This document shows, one piece after another, positions 1 through 9,487 of a stretch of DNA of 64,000 nt. The position numbers and the translations under genes are program-made. Numbering within the stretch: the first letter of the stretch is position 1; every line of letters starts with the position of its first letter. Source of the stretch: Longimicrobiales bacterium (GTDB taxonomy: Bacteria; Gemmatimonadota; Gemmatimonadetes; Longimicrobiales; Gaopeijiaceae); contig OZ241869.1 of NCBI GenBank assembly GCA_965202805.1, positions 1,568,001-1,632,000 on the forward strand, given 5' to 3'. The notes under the pieces were generated by a model that had not been told where the DNA came from, searched no databases, and saw only the letters and a program-made list of their open reading frames with translations.

Positions 1-3000
1 TGAGCGGCGCAAGCTCACCCGTCGCGATGCGCGCCAGCACGCCGTTCAAGGCGGCACCCGGTCCCGCCGGGTCCTTCTGCTTCAGGGTGTAGAGATCGAG
101 GATCGCATAGGCGACATCCGGCCGCAGCGCCGCCATCTCGTCCTCGCTGAGGATGTCCCGCCTGGCAAGCTCCACGAAGCGGCCGCCCTCGGCGAGGCAG
201 GCGAGGCTCGCCTCGATGAAGCCTTCGCCGGTAAGGCTGTTCAGCACGACGTCGACCCCGGCGCCCCCTGTCGCATCGAGGATGCCCTGGCCGAACGCGG
301 TCGAACGGCTGTCGAACACGTGCTCGACGCCCATCGAGCGGAGATGGTCCCGCTTGCGCGCGCTCGCCGTGGCGAAGACCTCCGCGCCTGCTGCCTGGGC
401 CAACTGGATGGCCGCAAGCCCGACGCCGCCGGCCCCGGCGTGAATCAGCACACGGTCTCCGGCCTTCAGCCCGGCGAGCTCGTAGGACAGCACGCACGTT
501 ACGAATACCGAAGGGATCGTGGCGAGCGCCGTGGCCGACACGTCCGGCGGGGCAAGCGCCACCAGTTCCTCCCGAGTGACGACCTCCGGCCCGAAGGTAC
601 CGAACGCGAATCCGGCTACGCGATCGCCCACGACGAAGGTGGTTACGTCGGCCCCGATCTCGACGATCCGGCCGCACAGTTCCTCGCCCAGCGACCCCTC
701 TTCCTCGACCAGGCCCATGGCCCGGAACACGTCCAGGAAGTTGAGCCCGCAGGCCTCGACCTCGACCCGCACCTCCTTCGGTGCCAGGGCACGGGGCGAC
801 AATGGCTCGATTCCCAGCGCCTCGATCGCCCCGCCCTCGCCGGGCGCCAGCACCCAGTCCGCATCTTCCGGCAGGGCGAGGCGCTCCACGCCGGCGCCCG
901 CCCGCACGAGCCGGGCCGCCTGGCGGCGCCCCTGGCGATGCGCGATGTGGTTCTCCGCATCGGGGAACAGCACTTCGTCCGCGAGGACTGCGTGTGGCTG
1001 CGCTGCCTCGGGGTCGAGGTCGATCATCCGCGGTTGCATCTGCGGCGCCTCCCGCGACACCACCTTGCCGAAGCCCCAGAGGGGGGTGCCGGCCAGTTGC
1101 CCGGTCCGTTCCCGTTCGAGCACCTGCGCCCCCCGGGTGACGAGCCACACGCCCTTCCCGGGCACGGCATCCGCGTCCGTGATGCCCTGCACAAGCGCGA
1201 GCGCGCTCGCCGACGCCCGCCTGGCATCCGCCGCGATGTCCGCAGTTGTCGCCGCCGCCCCGTGGCCGTCCTGTGCGACGAGATGCACCGCGCCGGCGAA
1301 GGGTACATCGGAGGGCAGGCCTTCGATAAGCGATCGCCACGACTCGCGCCGCTCAATGTCGACCGGTGCCGCAATGATCGCGGCCTCGCTCTCCGCAGCC
1401 GGGGTCGCGGCCTCCGGATCGTCGCCCGCCAGCACCACCCGCTGGTTCTGTGCCGCCAGTTGCGCCGCCAGCTCCGCCGCCACGCCACCCCGGTCGGCAG
1501 CCAGGACCCAAACGCCCTCCGGCAAGGCGATCTCGGCCGGACCCTGCGCCACGATCACCCCTCGATCCGGCAAGCCGGCCACTTCCTCCAGGTCCAGGCC
1601 GAGCACCTCGGATTCCGCAAACCCGGTATCCGCGAGTGCCCGCCGCCATACTTCGGGCCCCGCGAGAGCGTGGTCCGCGCGGTAGCGATCGTCGAAGCGC
1701 CACCATCCGTCCAGCTGCCCGAATATCAGATCCATCCAGCCCCTGCCGCGCTGGTTTTCGAGCGCCAGCAGCAGCCCGGAGGGCGCGAGGAGCGTCCTGC
1801 AGTGGGCAAGCGTCTCATCCAGATGGCGCGTGGCGTGCAGGACGTTGGCCGCGATTACCAGGTCGTAACCGTGGGCCTCGAAGCCCTGGTCCACCGGGTC
1901 CTTCTCGATGTCGAGCACCCGGTAGTCGATCGAGGCATCCTCGGCGCTGAAGCGTTCCTCGGCCTCCGCGAAGAAGCCCGCGGAGATGTCGGTATACATG
2001 TAGTCGAACCGTCCCGCCGGAAGCTCGGGCAGGACGTATTCGGTCGCCGAGCCGATCCCGGCGCCGACCTCCAGCACGCGCAGCCGTCGGCCCTCCGGCG
2101 ACTCGTCCAGGAGGGTGCGAACCACCTCGCCCAGCATCCGGTTCGCCGCCCGCCAGACCGCCGCCCGCCGATAGAGATCGGCAGCCGTCGGCTCCGCATC
2201 GCCGAACAGCAGCGACAGCGGATCCGCATTGCCGCGAAGCACCTCGGGCAAGGCGCCGGCACAGCGCCGAAACAGCCCGATCTCGTTCGTCGCGTGCGGG
2301 AACCGCCCCTCTGTCTCGCTCAGAAACGCCTCGACGTCGGGCGGCATTTGATCCGGCAACGGCTCGTCGGCTCCGATCGTTACGACGAAACCCTCGTCCT
2401 TCGCCTGCAACACACCTGAACGAGCCAGTATCGCGAGCATCCGGCGCAACAGATTCGTGTGCTCGGGCAGGACTTCCAGGCGCACGCACAGCTCTTCCGG
2501 GTCCACTACCGCTCCCGCCCTGCGCTCCCACCCCAGCGTTTCGAGCGCCGAAAGCGCGTAGCACCACGACACCCGCTCCATAACACCCTGCAGGTCGGTC
2601 TCGTCCGCGACCTCGACTCCCTCGTCAGCCAGATAACCGGAGAAGGCCCGCGAGCGGGAGGCCGCGGCCGACGGACTCGGAAGGAAGTCCGCCGCCGGCA
2701 TGCCCGGCGGCAAGACGCGGTCCCGCCATACGACCTCGTATAGCAATTCCTCCAGCCCCTCCACCGCAGGGAGCAGAGCACTCCGCGTCGCCCGCTTCAC
2801 CGTGTACCCGTTCAGCGTGCCGATCGGGGATCCGCCGAGGTCGCAGAGGGTGATGTCCGCGCTCAGCACTTCGGGTGGTTCACTGCCTGCGCTCTCCGGC
2901 GACCCCCTCATGCGGACATGGCAGAGCACCCGTTCCGGAAGCCGCTCCGGCACCGAGAGCCGTTCCCAGCCGAAGGGCAAATAGGTGACGTCTTCGTCGG

Positions 3001-6000
3001 ATGCGACCGTTCCGCGGGCGGCACCCATCACTTGAAAGCAGCCGTCCAGAACGAGCGGGTGAAACGCCATCCCGCTGCTGTCGGCAGAGTCCGGCAGGGA
3101 TACGGCGCCCAGGGCTTCGCCCGGCCCGGCCCAAAGCGCTTCCAATGTGCGGAAGGAGGGGCCGAGATCGATCCCGACCTCCGCCTTGGCCCGGTAGTAG
3201 GGCCCGAGGTCCACCGGCGCCAGATTGGACCTGAGCCGTGCTGGATCCGGCGATCCGTCCACGGGCGGCAGATCGGAACCGGAGCTTGTCGAGACCCGGC
3301 CCTCCGCGTGCAGCGTCCATTCCTCGTCGGGAGCCCTGCTCAGGATCCGGACGCGCCGCGAGCCACCGTCTCCGCCGCCGTCGAGCAGCAACTGAAGGCG
3401 ACGACCCTCTTCCCCGCTTCCGTCTGCATCGCCCGTCTCGGGGAACACCAGTGCGCTCTGCATCTGGAAGTCCTCGACGACCACTGGACCGGGGTCTTCG
3501 ACGGTGCAGGCCGATGCCGCCATGGCGCCAAAGAGCGCGCCGGGAGCCACCACCCGGTCGAACACGCGGTGGTCGCCAAGCCATGCCGGGTCGGAGGGAA
3601 ACAACTCGGTGTCGAAGCTGATCTCGCCGCTGGCAGATTCGTGGCGGCTGCCGAGGAGCGGGTGATCGGCGCTCGAGCGCCTCCGTCCTGGCGCGTCGAT
3701 CCAGTGGCGGTCGCGGCGGAACGGATACCCCGGCAGCGAGATTCGGCGCCGCGACTCTCCGGCGAAGAGCCCGTCGAAGCATAGCGGCAGCCCCGCGTCG
3801 TACGCTTCCGCTACCGCTGCGAAGAAGGCGTCTTCGGCCTCCGTTGCTGAAACGTTGCGTCCAGGCCGCTTGAGACTCGACAGCGCCACGGGAGGCTCGG
3901 GGGTCCCTGCCGACGCGGGCCAGGCGAGAGTGGTCATCGGCCCGAGCACCGCGTGCGGACCGATCTCCACGACCGCGTCCACACCCAGTCCCGCCAGCGT
4001 CTCGACGCAGGCGCGGAACGCCACCGGCGCGCGCATCTGCCGCCGCCAGTACGCCGCATCCAGCGCCTCGCCCGAACCAACCGTCCGTCCGGTGAGATTG
4101 CTGATGAAGGGAAGCGAAGGTGGCGCAAAGGCGACCCGCGAGAGAGCTTCCTCCAGATCGTCCAGAGCCGGCTCGATCATGGCGCTGTGGTAGGCGGGAC
4201 TCTTCCGGAGCCGCGCGACCCGAATCCCCGCCGCCTCCAGACGCTCGAGGATCGCGGCGACCTCCGCCGCCGGACCGCTGATGACCTGATGAGCGCCGTT
4301 GTCGGCGGCGATGCAGAGGCCGACGCCACGGCAGGCCGCATTGTGCTCGTCCAGCGCATCCGCGACGTGAGTGGCCGGCGCGAACACCGCGGCCATCGCG
4401 CCTTCGCCGGGAAGGGCGCCGACCAGCTCTCCCCGCGCCGCCGCAAGGCGCAGGCCATCCTCCAGGCCGAACACGCCCGCGGTGTGGGCCGCCGCGATCT
4501 CGCCCAGGCTGTGCCCCAGCACCACGTCCGGCCGAATGCCGAGGCTTGACCACAGCGCCGCGAGGGCGCATTCGAGTGCGTAGATCGCGGGCTGCTTCCA
4601 CTGCGGATCGTCCAGGTCGCCGGCGGCCGCAGGGCGACCGAACATCACGTCGAGCAGCGAGGCGTCACGCTCTCCCCGGAGCACCTCGTCGCACCGATCG
4701 AGCACCGCTCGCACCACCGGCTCGCTCGCATGGAGCCCCGCGCCCATGCCCGGCCACTGACTGGCCTGTCCGGTGCAGGCGAAAGCAATCTTCCCTCCCG
4801 CCCTCGGCCGCGACTCCGTTCGCGGACGCTCTTCCGCGGAGACGAGCGTCCGCAACTCCTCGCGCAACGACGCGCCGTCCCGGAACAACACGCCGGCTCG
4901 CCGGTCGAAGTGACTGCGCCCCACACCCGCCGTCCAGGCCATGTCCGCAAGGAGCGCTTCATCCGCGCCGCTCATGGCGGATGCCTTCCCCACTCCTGCG
5001 TCGACCCAATCGAGATACCGACCTGCCAACTCGCGGAGCGCCTCTTCGGACTTGGCGGAAAGCGGCAGGATACGCGTCACGCGGGCAGAGAGCTTTCCCT
5101 CCCGCGACGCGGGCAGGGGCAGCGCATGCGTGCGCTCCTCCGCAAGCGACACGGGCGGCACGGGGACCGGCAAGGCGGAGCCGACCGGCCACCGTCGGCC
5201 CTTCGGCCCCCCATCCTCCGAGGTGGCGTCGGCGGGTTCGTGCCCTTCCAGGAGGATGTGAGCGTTCGTCCCGGACCACCCGAAGCCACTCACCCCGGCC
5301 CGCGGGGGCCGGCCCGAACGAAGCGGCCACTCCATCCGGTCTCCCGTCACCCGCAGGAGAATCCGATCCCAGTCGATCTGCGGGCTCGGATTATGGAAGT
5401 GCAGGTGTTTCGGGATCGTTCGCCGTCCCATGGAAAGGACGGCCTTGATCACTCCCGCCACGCCCGCGGCCGCCTCCAGGTGGCCGATGTTCGTCTTCAC
5501 CGAGCCGATCAGGACCGGGCGCTCCTGTTCCCGTCCCCTGCCGTAGGCGGTTGCCGTCGCGCGGGCCTCGATGGGGTCCCCGACTTCCGTTCCCGTGCCA
5601 TGCGCCTCCACGTAGTCCACATCCGAAGGCTGGAGTCCCGCCCGCAGGAGCGCGTCCTCGATGCAACGTTCCTGCGCGTCCTGGCTCGGCACCGTCAGGC
5701 CCGGGGTCGCGCCGTCCTGATTCACCGCGGTGCCGCGGATCACGGCCCAGATCCGGTCGCCGTCGGCCACGGCCTCGCTGAGCCGCTTCAGGACCAGGAT
5801 GCCGCACCCTTCTCCTCGCACATAGCCGTTCGCCCCCGCGTCGAAGGTGGCGCACCGTCCATCCGGCGACAGCATCCCGGCGTTTGCGCGCATTTCGAAC
5901 AGTTGGGCCGACAGGATCGCATGCACGCCACCCGCCAGCGCCAGGTCCGCCTCCTGCCGTTGCAGCCCCGACACGGCCTGATGAATCGCCACCAGCGACG

Positions 6001-6544
6001 AGGAGCAGGCGGTGTCGAGGGCCATCGCCGGACCGTTCAGCCCCAATGCGAAGGCAACCCGCCCGATGGCGGTGTTGAAGGATGTTCCCGTGACCGAGTA
6101 GAGGCTCGCGGCCGGTTCCGTCGGTTGGCCCGCGTCGAGGACCAGCGCCCGGTAGTCGTAGTTGCTGATGCCCGCATATACACCGGTGCGGCTGCCCTTC
6201 AGCCGATCCGGATCGATCCCGGCATCCTCGAGCGCCTGCCAGCTCGTCTCGAGCATCATGCGCTGCTGCGGATCCAGGCGTTGCGCTTCGACCGGGGAGA
6301 TACGGAAGAACGAGGCGTCGAACTCGTCAAGTCGGTCGAGGAAGCCGGCAAACCGGCACCCCCTGGCAACCTTGTCGTCGGAAAAGAGCTGTCCCGCACG
6401 CCCGGCTCCGGAACCCGGAACCCCCTCGGTGACCGCGTTTACGCCGGCTTCGAGCAGATCCCAGAACTCGGGAACACCGGGTGCACCGGGAAATCGGCAG
6501 GCCATCCCGACAATCGCAATGGGCTCCGAGTCATTGGGGGGCAT
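1..6544 (-). CDS. supA: Type I polyketide synthase, SupA-like (KS-AT-DH-C-methyltransferase-ER visible; 3' end, expected to hold KR/ACP, lies outside the window)
   Basis: Motifs translated by hand because the ORF is not in the track (open at the edge). It starts MPPNDSEPIAIVGMACRFPG after a GAGG RBS. KS: DTACSSS, EAHGTGT, KTNIGHLE. AT: GHSLGE, RKSPAYHS. DH: HPLLG, WLGDHRVFDRVVAPG. MT: VLEVGAGIGS. ER: HAGAGGVG. The reading frame at the start codon matches the frame at position 2. Confidence 0.93.
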   Translation of the reverse strand, partial: MPPNDSEPIAIVGMACRFPGAPGVPEFWDLLEAGVNAVTEGVPGSGAGRAGQLFSDDKVARGCRFAGFLDRLDEFDASFFRISPVEAQRLDPQQRMMLETSWQALEDAGIDPDRLKGSRTGVYAGISNYDYRALVLDAGQPTEPAASLYSVTGTSFNTAIGRVAFALGLNGPAMALDTACSSSLVAIHQAVSGLQRQEADLALAGGVHAILSAQLFEMRANAGMLSPDGRCATFDAGANGYVRGEGCGILVLKRLSEAVADGDRIWAVIRGTAVNQDGATPGLTVPSQDAQERCIEDALLRAGLQPSDVDYVEAHGTGTEVGDPIEARATATAYGRGREQERPVLIGSVKTNIGHLEAAAGVAGVIKAVLSMGRRTIPKHLHFHNPSPQIDWDRILLRVTGDRMEWPLRSGRPPRAGVSGFGWSGTNAHILLEGHEPADATSEDGGPKGRRWPVGSALPVPVPPVSLAEERTHALPLPASREGKLSARVTRILPLSAKSEEALRELAGRYLDWVDAGVGKASAMSGADEALLADMAWTAGVGRSHFDRRAGVLFRDGASLREELRTLVSAEERPRTESRPRAGGKIAFACTGQASQWPGMGAGLHASEPVVRAVLDRCDEVLRGERDASLLDVMFGRPAAAGDLDDPQWKQPAIYALECALAALWSSLGIRPDVVLGHSLGEIAAAHTAGVFGLEDGLRLAAARGELVGALPGEGAMAAVFAPATHVADALDEHNAACRGVGLCIAADNGAHQVISGPAAEVAAILERLEAAGIRVARLRKSPAYHSAMIEPALDDLEEALSRVAFAPPSLPFISNLTGRTVGSGEALDAAYWRRQMRAPVAFRACVETLAGLGVDAVVEIGPHAVLGPMTTLAWPASAGTPEPPVALSSLKRPGRNVSATEAEDAFFAAVAEAYDAGLPLCFDGLFAGESRRRISLPGYPFRRDRHWIDAPGRRRSSADHPLLGSRHESASGEISFDTELFPSDPAWLGDHRVFDRVVAPGALFGAMAASACTVEDPGPVVVEDFQMQSALVFPETGDADGSGEEGRRLQLLLDGGGDGGSRRVRILSRAPDEEWTLHAEGRVSTSSGSDLPPVDGSPDPARLRSNLAPVDLGPYYRAKAEVGIDLGPSFRTLEALWAGPGEALGAVSLPDSADSSGMAFHPLVLDGCFQVMGAARGTVASDEDVTYLPFGWERLSVPERLPERVLCHVRMRGSPESAGSEPPEVLSADITLCDLGGSPIGTLNGYTVKRATRSALLPAVEGLEELLYEVVWRDRVLPPGMPAADFLPSPSAAASRSRAFSGYLADEGVEVADETDLQGVMERVSWCYALSALETLGWERRAGAVVDPEELCVRLEVLPEHTNLLRRMLAILARSGVLQAKDEGFVVTIGADEPLPDQMPPDVEAFLSETEGRFPHATNEIGLFRRCAGALPEVLRGNADPLSLLFGDAEPTAADLYRRAAVWRAANRMLGEVVRTLLDESPEGRRLRVLEVGAGIGSATEYVLPELPAGRFDYMYTDISAGFFAEAEERFSAEDASIDYRVLDIEKDPVDQGFEAHGYDLVIAANVLHATRHLDETLAHCRTLLAPSGLLLALENQRGRGWMDLIFGQLDGWWRFDDRYRADHALAGPEVWRRALADTGFAESEVLGLDLEEVAGLPDRGVIVAQGPAEIALPEGVWVLAADRGGVAAELAAQLAAQNQRVVLAGDDPEAATPAAESEAAIIAAPVDIERRESWRSLIEGLPSDVPFAGAVHLVAQDGHGAAATTADIAADARRASASALALVQGITDADAVPGKGVWLVTRGAQVLERERTGQLAGTPLWGFGKVVSREAPQMQPRMIDLDPEAAQPHAVLADEVLFPDAENHIAHRQGRRQAARLVRAGAGVERLALPEDADWVLAPGEGGAIEALGIEPLSPRALAPKEVRVEVEACGLNFLDVFRAMGLVEEEGSLGEELCGRIVEIGADVTTFVVGDRVAGFAFGTFGPEVVTREELVALAPPDVSATALATIPSVFVTCVLSYELAGLKAGDRVLIHAGAGGVGLAAIQLAQAAGAEVFATASARKRDHLRSMGVEHVFDSRSTAFGQGILDATGGAGVDVVLNSLTGEGFIEASLACLAEGGRFVELARRDILSEDEMAALRPDVAYAILDLYTLKQKDPAGPGAALNGVLARIATGELAPL

Positions 6545-6568
6545 TGCTACCTCGTCCGCCACAGCCCG

Positions 6569-8932
6569 TCACCACGAAAGCGTCTTAGAATATTTCACCG
6601 AGAACGCCCGCCCCGACGACAGCGGGGTACGCGGAATCATGTTCCGGTCCCGCTCCATGTGAAGGCCCTCGCTGTATACGACCCAGAGATCGGTGCCTTC
6701 GCTGAAGTGATAGCGAATGCGCGTGTTGATGCTGGTGAGGTCGTCCACGCCGTTGTACTGCGTGTACGTGCTCAGAGAAAGATGGGTGTCCAGCGCCAGC
6801 TCCACCTTGAGTTGCGCCAAATGCGTCGTGGTGGCCAGATCGCGCTCCGGAAAATCGATCCGATTGATGGAGTACGCCATCCCGAGCTCGAGATGCCCGG
6901 AGACATTCCACACGGGCCCGGCCGATACACCGATCCGGCTTCCGTCGTAGAAGGTGCCGGCTGAAGCCGTGAACCTGCCGCGGAAATCGTCGCTGCGAGA
7001 CAGCATGAAGTTGGCCGCAAACTCGTGAAACCAGTATTCACCCGCCGCGACTTCCACGTCGGAAATGGGGAACGGATCGCGCACGCTTTCGAACTGCGAC
7101 CTGACACCCACATCGAGCCTGGCTCCGCCCTTGAACTGGACCTCCGCCCTGGGATATACCTCCCTCGATTCCGGCGTTCCGTCCGAATTGCGGGTGAACT
7201 GCCTGGCGGTCAGCCGCACGCCCCGCCTGCGAAACATCGAGCTGGCGTCCATATACTCGCCGTATGCGAATTCCAGGCCGCCAAGGTTGAAGCCCGTGCG
7301 CCGCTGGAATCCGAGGCCGGGCCTGTAGTCGGATCCCGCTCGGACGGCATCGGCTGAGTAGGTGAATCCCACGTCGCGACGCCGCTCCCAGCGGGCCCGC
7401 ATCAGCCCGGTCTCCAGGCCGGTGGCGTCCGTCGTCGCCTCGTCGAAGGTCTGCGCCCATTGCAGCAGGGCGTACTCGTCGCCGGCCACCCGCACCGACG
7501 CGTCCAGTCCGTACGCGACGTTGTCCCCGCCGTGCGAACCCAACCGGCTGGTGACCATCGCGCCGACGGTCGAGTAGGGGTTCAGGACCTGCTGGCGCAG
7601 ACGCACCACGCCCATGTTCTCGGAAGACAGGCTGCCGTGCGCCCCGGTCTGCATGTTCAGGAGCCCGTAGTCCGTGTTCCCGATCCGCCCAACCGCGCGC
7701 ACGCCCCCGTAGATCTTCACGATCTCGCCCTCGTGAAGCCCGATCTGCCGGCTGTGGAAGAGCCGGTTGAAGGGCCCGCCGGTGTTGAAGTCGAAGGTTG
7801 CGGAGCGCTCCTGGAAGAACTGGCGCTTTTCGGGAATGAACAGGGGAAAGCGCTCGATGTTGATCTGGGCGCTATCGGCCTCCACCTGTGCGAAATCGGT
7901 GTTGGCGGTGAGGTTCAGCGCCAGGTTGGAGGTAGGAGAATACTTGATGTCGAGTCCCGCTTCACGGGTGCCGTCCTGTTCGGCATCCCACACCGAATCC
8001 GGGCCCCGGGGGCCGTCCGCGAGCTTCGGGGTCCGGCGCACGCCGCCCAGCACATAGGGCGTCGCGTAGACGGGAGTTTGCTGTCGCACGTTCTGGAGGG
8101 CGATGCGCTGAGCCTGGGAGGGCTTCACGAAGGCCACCCCGCCCCAACCCGGATCGATGTCCGGGAAGAGGTGGCGCTCGTCCTTGCGCGCGATCATCCG
8201 GTAGATGATCAGGCCCATCGTCACCTCCTCGCCCAGCACCTGGAAACCCAGGGTGGAGAAGGGAATCCGGAACTCGGCGAACCAGCCCTCGCCGGTTCGG
8301 CTGGTCGCCACATCCCAGTACGAGTTCCAGTCGCCATTCATGGGCAGTCCGCCGCCGACCGTAAACTGGGCATCGTTGTAGACCGTGCGGTCCACGCGCG
8401 TCCCCGCCGGATTGGTCAGGAACATGACGGCGGTCTCATAGTCATTGTAGCTGTCGACGATGATCGCCAGGGCGTCGTCCCCGCTGTACCGGTCGCGGTA
8501 GAAGGTGTTGGCGCGGATGCCGTCCGGATCGGAGTCGTACATGCGACCCGACACGTAGAGGAAGCGGTCATCGTGGGCGATGCGAACCTCGCTCGGCTCC
8601 GTGATGGGGCCATGGTACGTGGGGGCGAACACGATCATCGGGACGGGCTCCACGGCCTCCCATGCCGCCTCGTCCACGATCCCATCCAACTCGATGGGCC
8701 CCGAGATACGGGGAATGATCATGGGGATGGTCCGGGAGTCACCCGGGGACGGGTCGGGTCCGGCCTGCGGCACCTGCCCGCTCAGGGGCGACGGCCGGAG
8801 CCAGGACACCGCGAGAAGCAATGCCACGATGAAAGGGCCGGCGACCAGGCTCGGCACATCCACGCGGGATGCCCCGGCGAGGGGGCGGGCATCGCCGTCA
8901 CCCGCCGGCGTGAAGGAAACTGTAGCCCCCAT
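6569..8932 (-). CDS. DUF5916 / CBM9-like domain protein, probable outer-membrane beta-barrel
   Basis: Signal-like N-terminus, IELDGIVDEAAW CBM9-like start, NTDFAQVEAD and FIPEKRQFFQE motifs, C-terminal YSKTLSW. ATG at 8932 has a GAGG RBS. Confidence 0.85.
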   Translation of the reverse strand: MGATVSFTPAGDGDARPLAGASRVDVPSLVAGPFIVALLLAVSWLRPSPLSGQVPQAGPDPSPGDSRTIPMIIPRISGPIELDGIVDEAAWEAVEPVPMIVFAPTYHGPITEPSEVRIAHDDRFLYVSGRMYDSDPDGIRANTFYRDRYSGDDALAIIVDSYNDYETAVMFLTNPAGTRVDRTVYNDAQFTVGGGLPMNGDWNSYWDVATSRTGEGWFAEFRIPFSTLGFQVLGEEVTMGLIIYRMIARKDERHLFPDIDPGWGGVAFVKPSQAQRIALQNVRQQTPVYATPYVLGGVRRTPKLADGPRGPDSVWDAEQDGTREAGLDIKYSPTSNLALNLTANTDFAQVEADSAQINIERFPLFIPEKRQFFQERSATFDFNTGGPFNRLFHSRQIGLHEGEIVKIYGGVRAVGRIGNTDYGLLNMQTGAHGSLSSENMGVVRLRQQVLNPYSTVGAMVTSRLGSHGGDNVAYGLDASVRVAGDEYALLQWAQTFDEATTDATGLETGLMRARWERRRDVGFTYSADAVRAGSDYRPGLGFQRRTGFNLGGLEFAYGEYMDASSMFRRRGVRLTARQFTRNSDGTPESREVYPRAEVQFKGGARLDVGVRSQFESVRDPFPISDVEVAAGEYWFHEFAANFMLSRSDDFRGRFTASAGTFYDGSRIGVSAGPVWNVSGHLELGMAYSINRIDFPERDLATTTHLAQLKVELALDTHLSLSTYTQYNGVDDLTSINTRIRYHFSEGTDLWVVYSEGLHMERDRNMIPRTPLSSGRAFSVKYSKTLSW

Positions 8933-9087
8933 CTGTCGTCCTCGTTTACCTTCGGCTGTCACCGAACCCGGTCAACGCTCTGCTCTCCGAGGGTTTTCCG
9001 CAACCCGCCGGGGCACGGCTTCCGGGGAACGCGTCCGATGTCCGCAGCGTCCCGGGAACAAATGATTCCCGGCACCCGGGCTTCTGC

Positions 9088-9116
9088 TTGCCGCCGGTGT
9101 AGCGGCCTTGTAGTAT
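9088..9116 (+). promoter_or_regulatory. Putative sigma70 promoter TTGCCG-N17-TAGTAT
   Basis: -35 at 9088-9093 and -10 at 9111-9116 with 17-bp spacing, in an AT-richer patch of the divergent intergenic region. Confidence 0.55.
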
Positions 9117-9247
9117 TCTTGCAGCCGCTCCATTGGGGGAGCGGCGGGGCCGCTGGGGAATCGCTCAGATGGCGTTCTCCGACGGACCGCGGGCGCGGGC
9201 CCGCCGGCGTTCGGCCCGAGGTCGACTCATGAAAAGGAGGTGATCAA

Positions 9248-9301
9248 TTGTCTAGTCCAAGTACTCTGTTCAGCCTGGCATGGGCAAGCGATCGCCGTTA
9301 G
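9248..9301 (+). CDS. 17-aa sORF MSSPSTLFSLAWASDRR (TTG start)
   Basis: Immediately follows AAAGGAGGTGATC (9233-9245) and ends at TAG 9299-9301. Confidence 0.45.
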   Translation: MSSPSTLFSLAWASDRR

Positions 9302-9364
9302 CCGAGTGATCGTATCTGTTCCGGCCAGCGGCCATCGTGCCGGGCTGAGCAGAAAACGCAGGGA

Positions 9365-9398
9365 GAAGGCGCCGCCGGATCGTTTCGGCGGCGCCTTC
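9365..9398 (+). terminator. 13-bp perfect stem-loop, terminator-like (weak U-tract)
   Basis: GAAGGCGCCGCCG-gatcgttt-CGGCGGCGCCTTC. Confidence 0.6.
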
Positions 9399-9487
9399 GT
9401 CGTGGTCGCGCGGTGCAGCCGCTCACTGCCGGCGCGGCTATCCCCGTATCCGGACCAGCGCGGACGGCACTGGTTCGGTCCAGCCCG

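Larger units (their letters stand above)
9123..9400 (+). ncRNA. Candidate structured small RNA or leader (~280 nt) containing an extended Shine-Dalgarno and a sORF
   Basis: Consecutive hairpins at 9124-9145, ~9154-9180, ~9185-9223, 9315-9353 and 9365-9398, bracketed by a promoter and a terminator-like stem. Confidence 0.5.

Noticed and set aside
320..6964. Long plus-strand ORFs (320-2419, 4730-6964) and off-frame minus-strand ORFs
   Set aside because: Antisense or frame shadows of the PKS and DUF5916 genes in high-GC DNA; Arg/Pro/Gly-rich with no motifs.
9233..9260. 16S rRNA 3'-end fragment on the minus strand
   Set aside because: AAGGAGGTGATC is followed by AATTGTCTAG, not the CAGCCGCA expected for 16S, so only the anti-SD complement matches.
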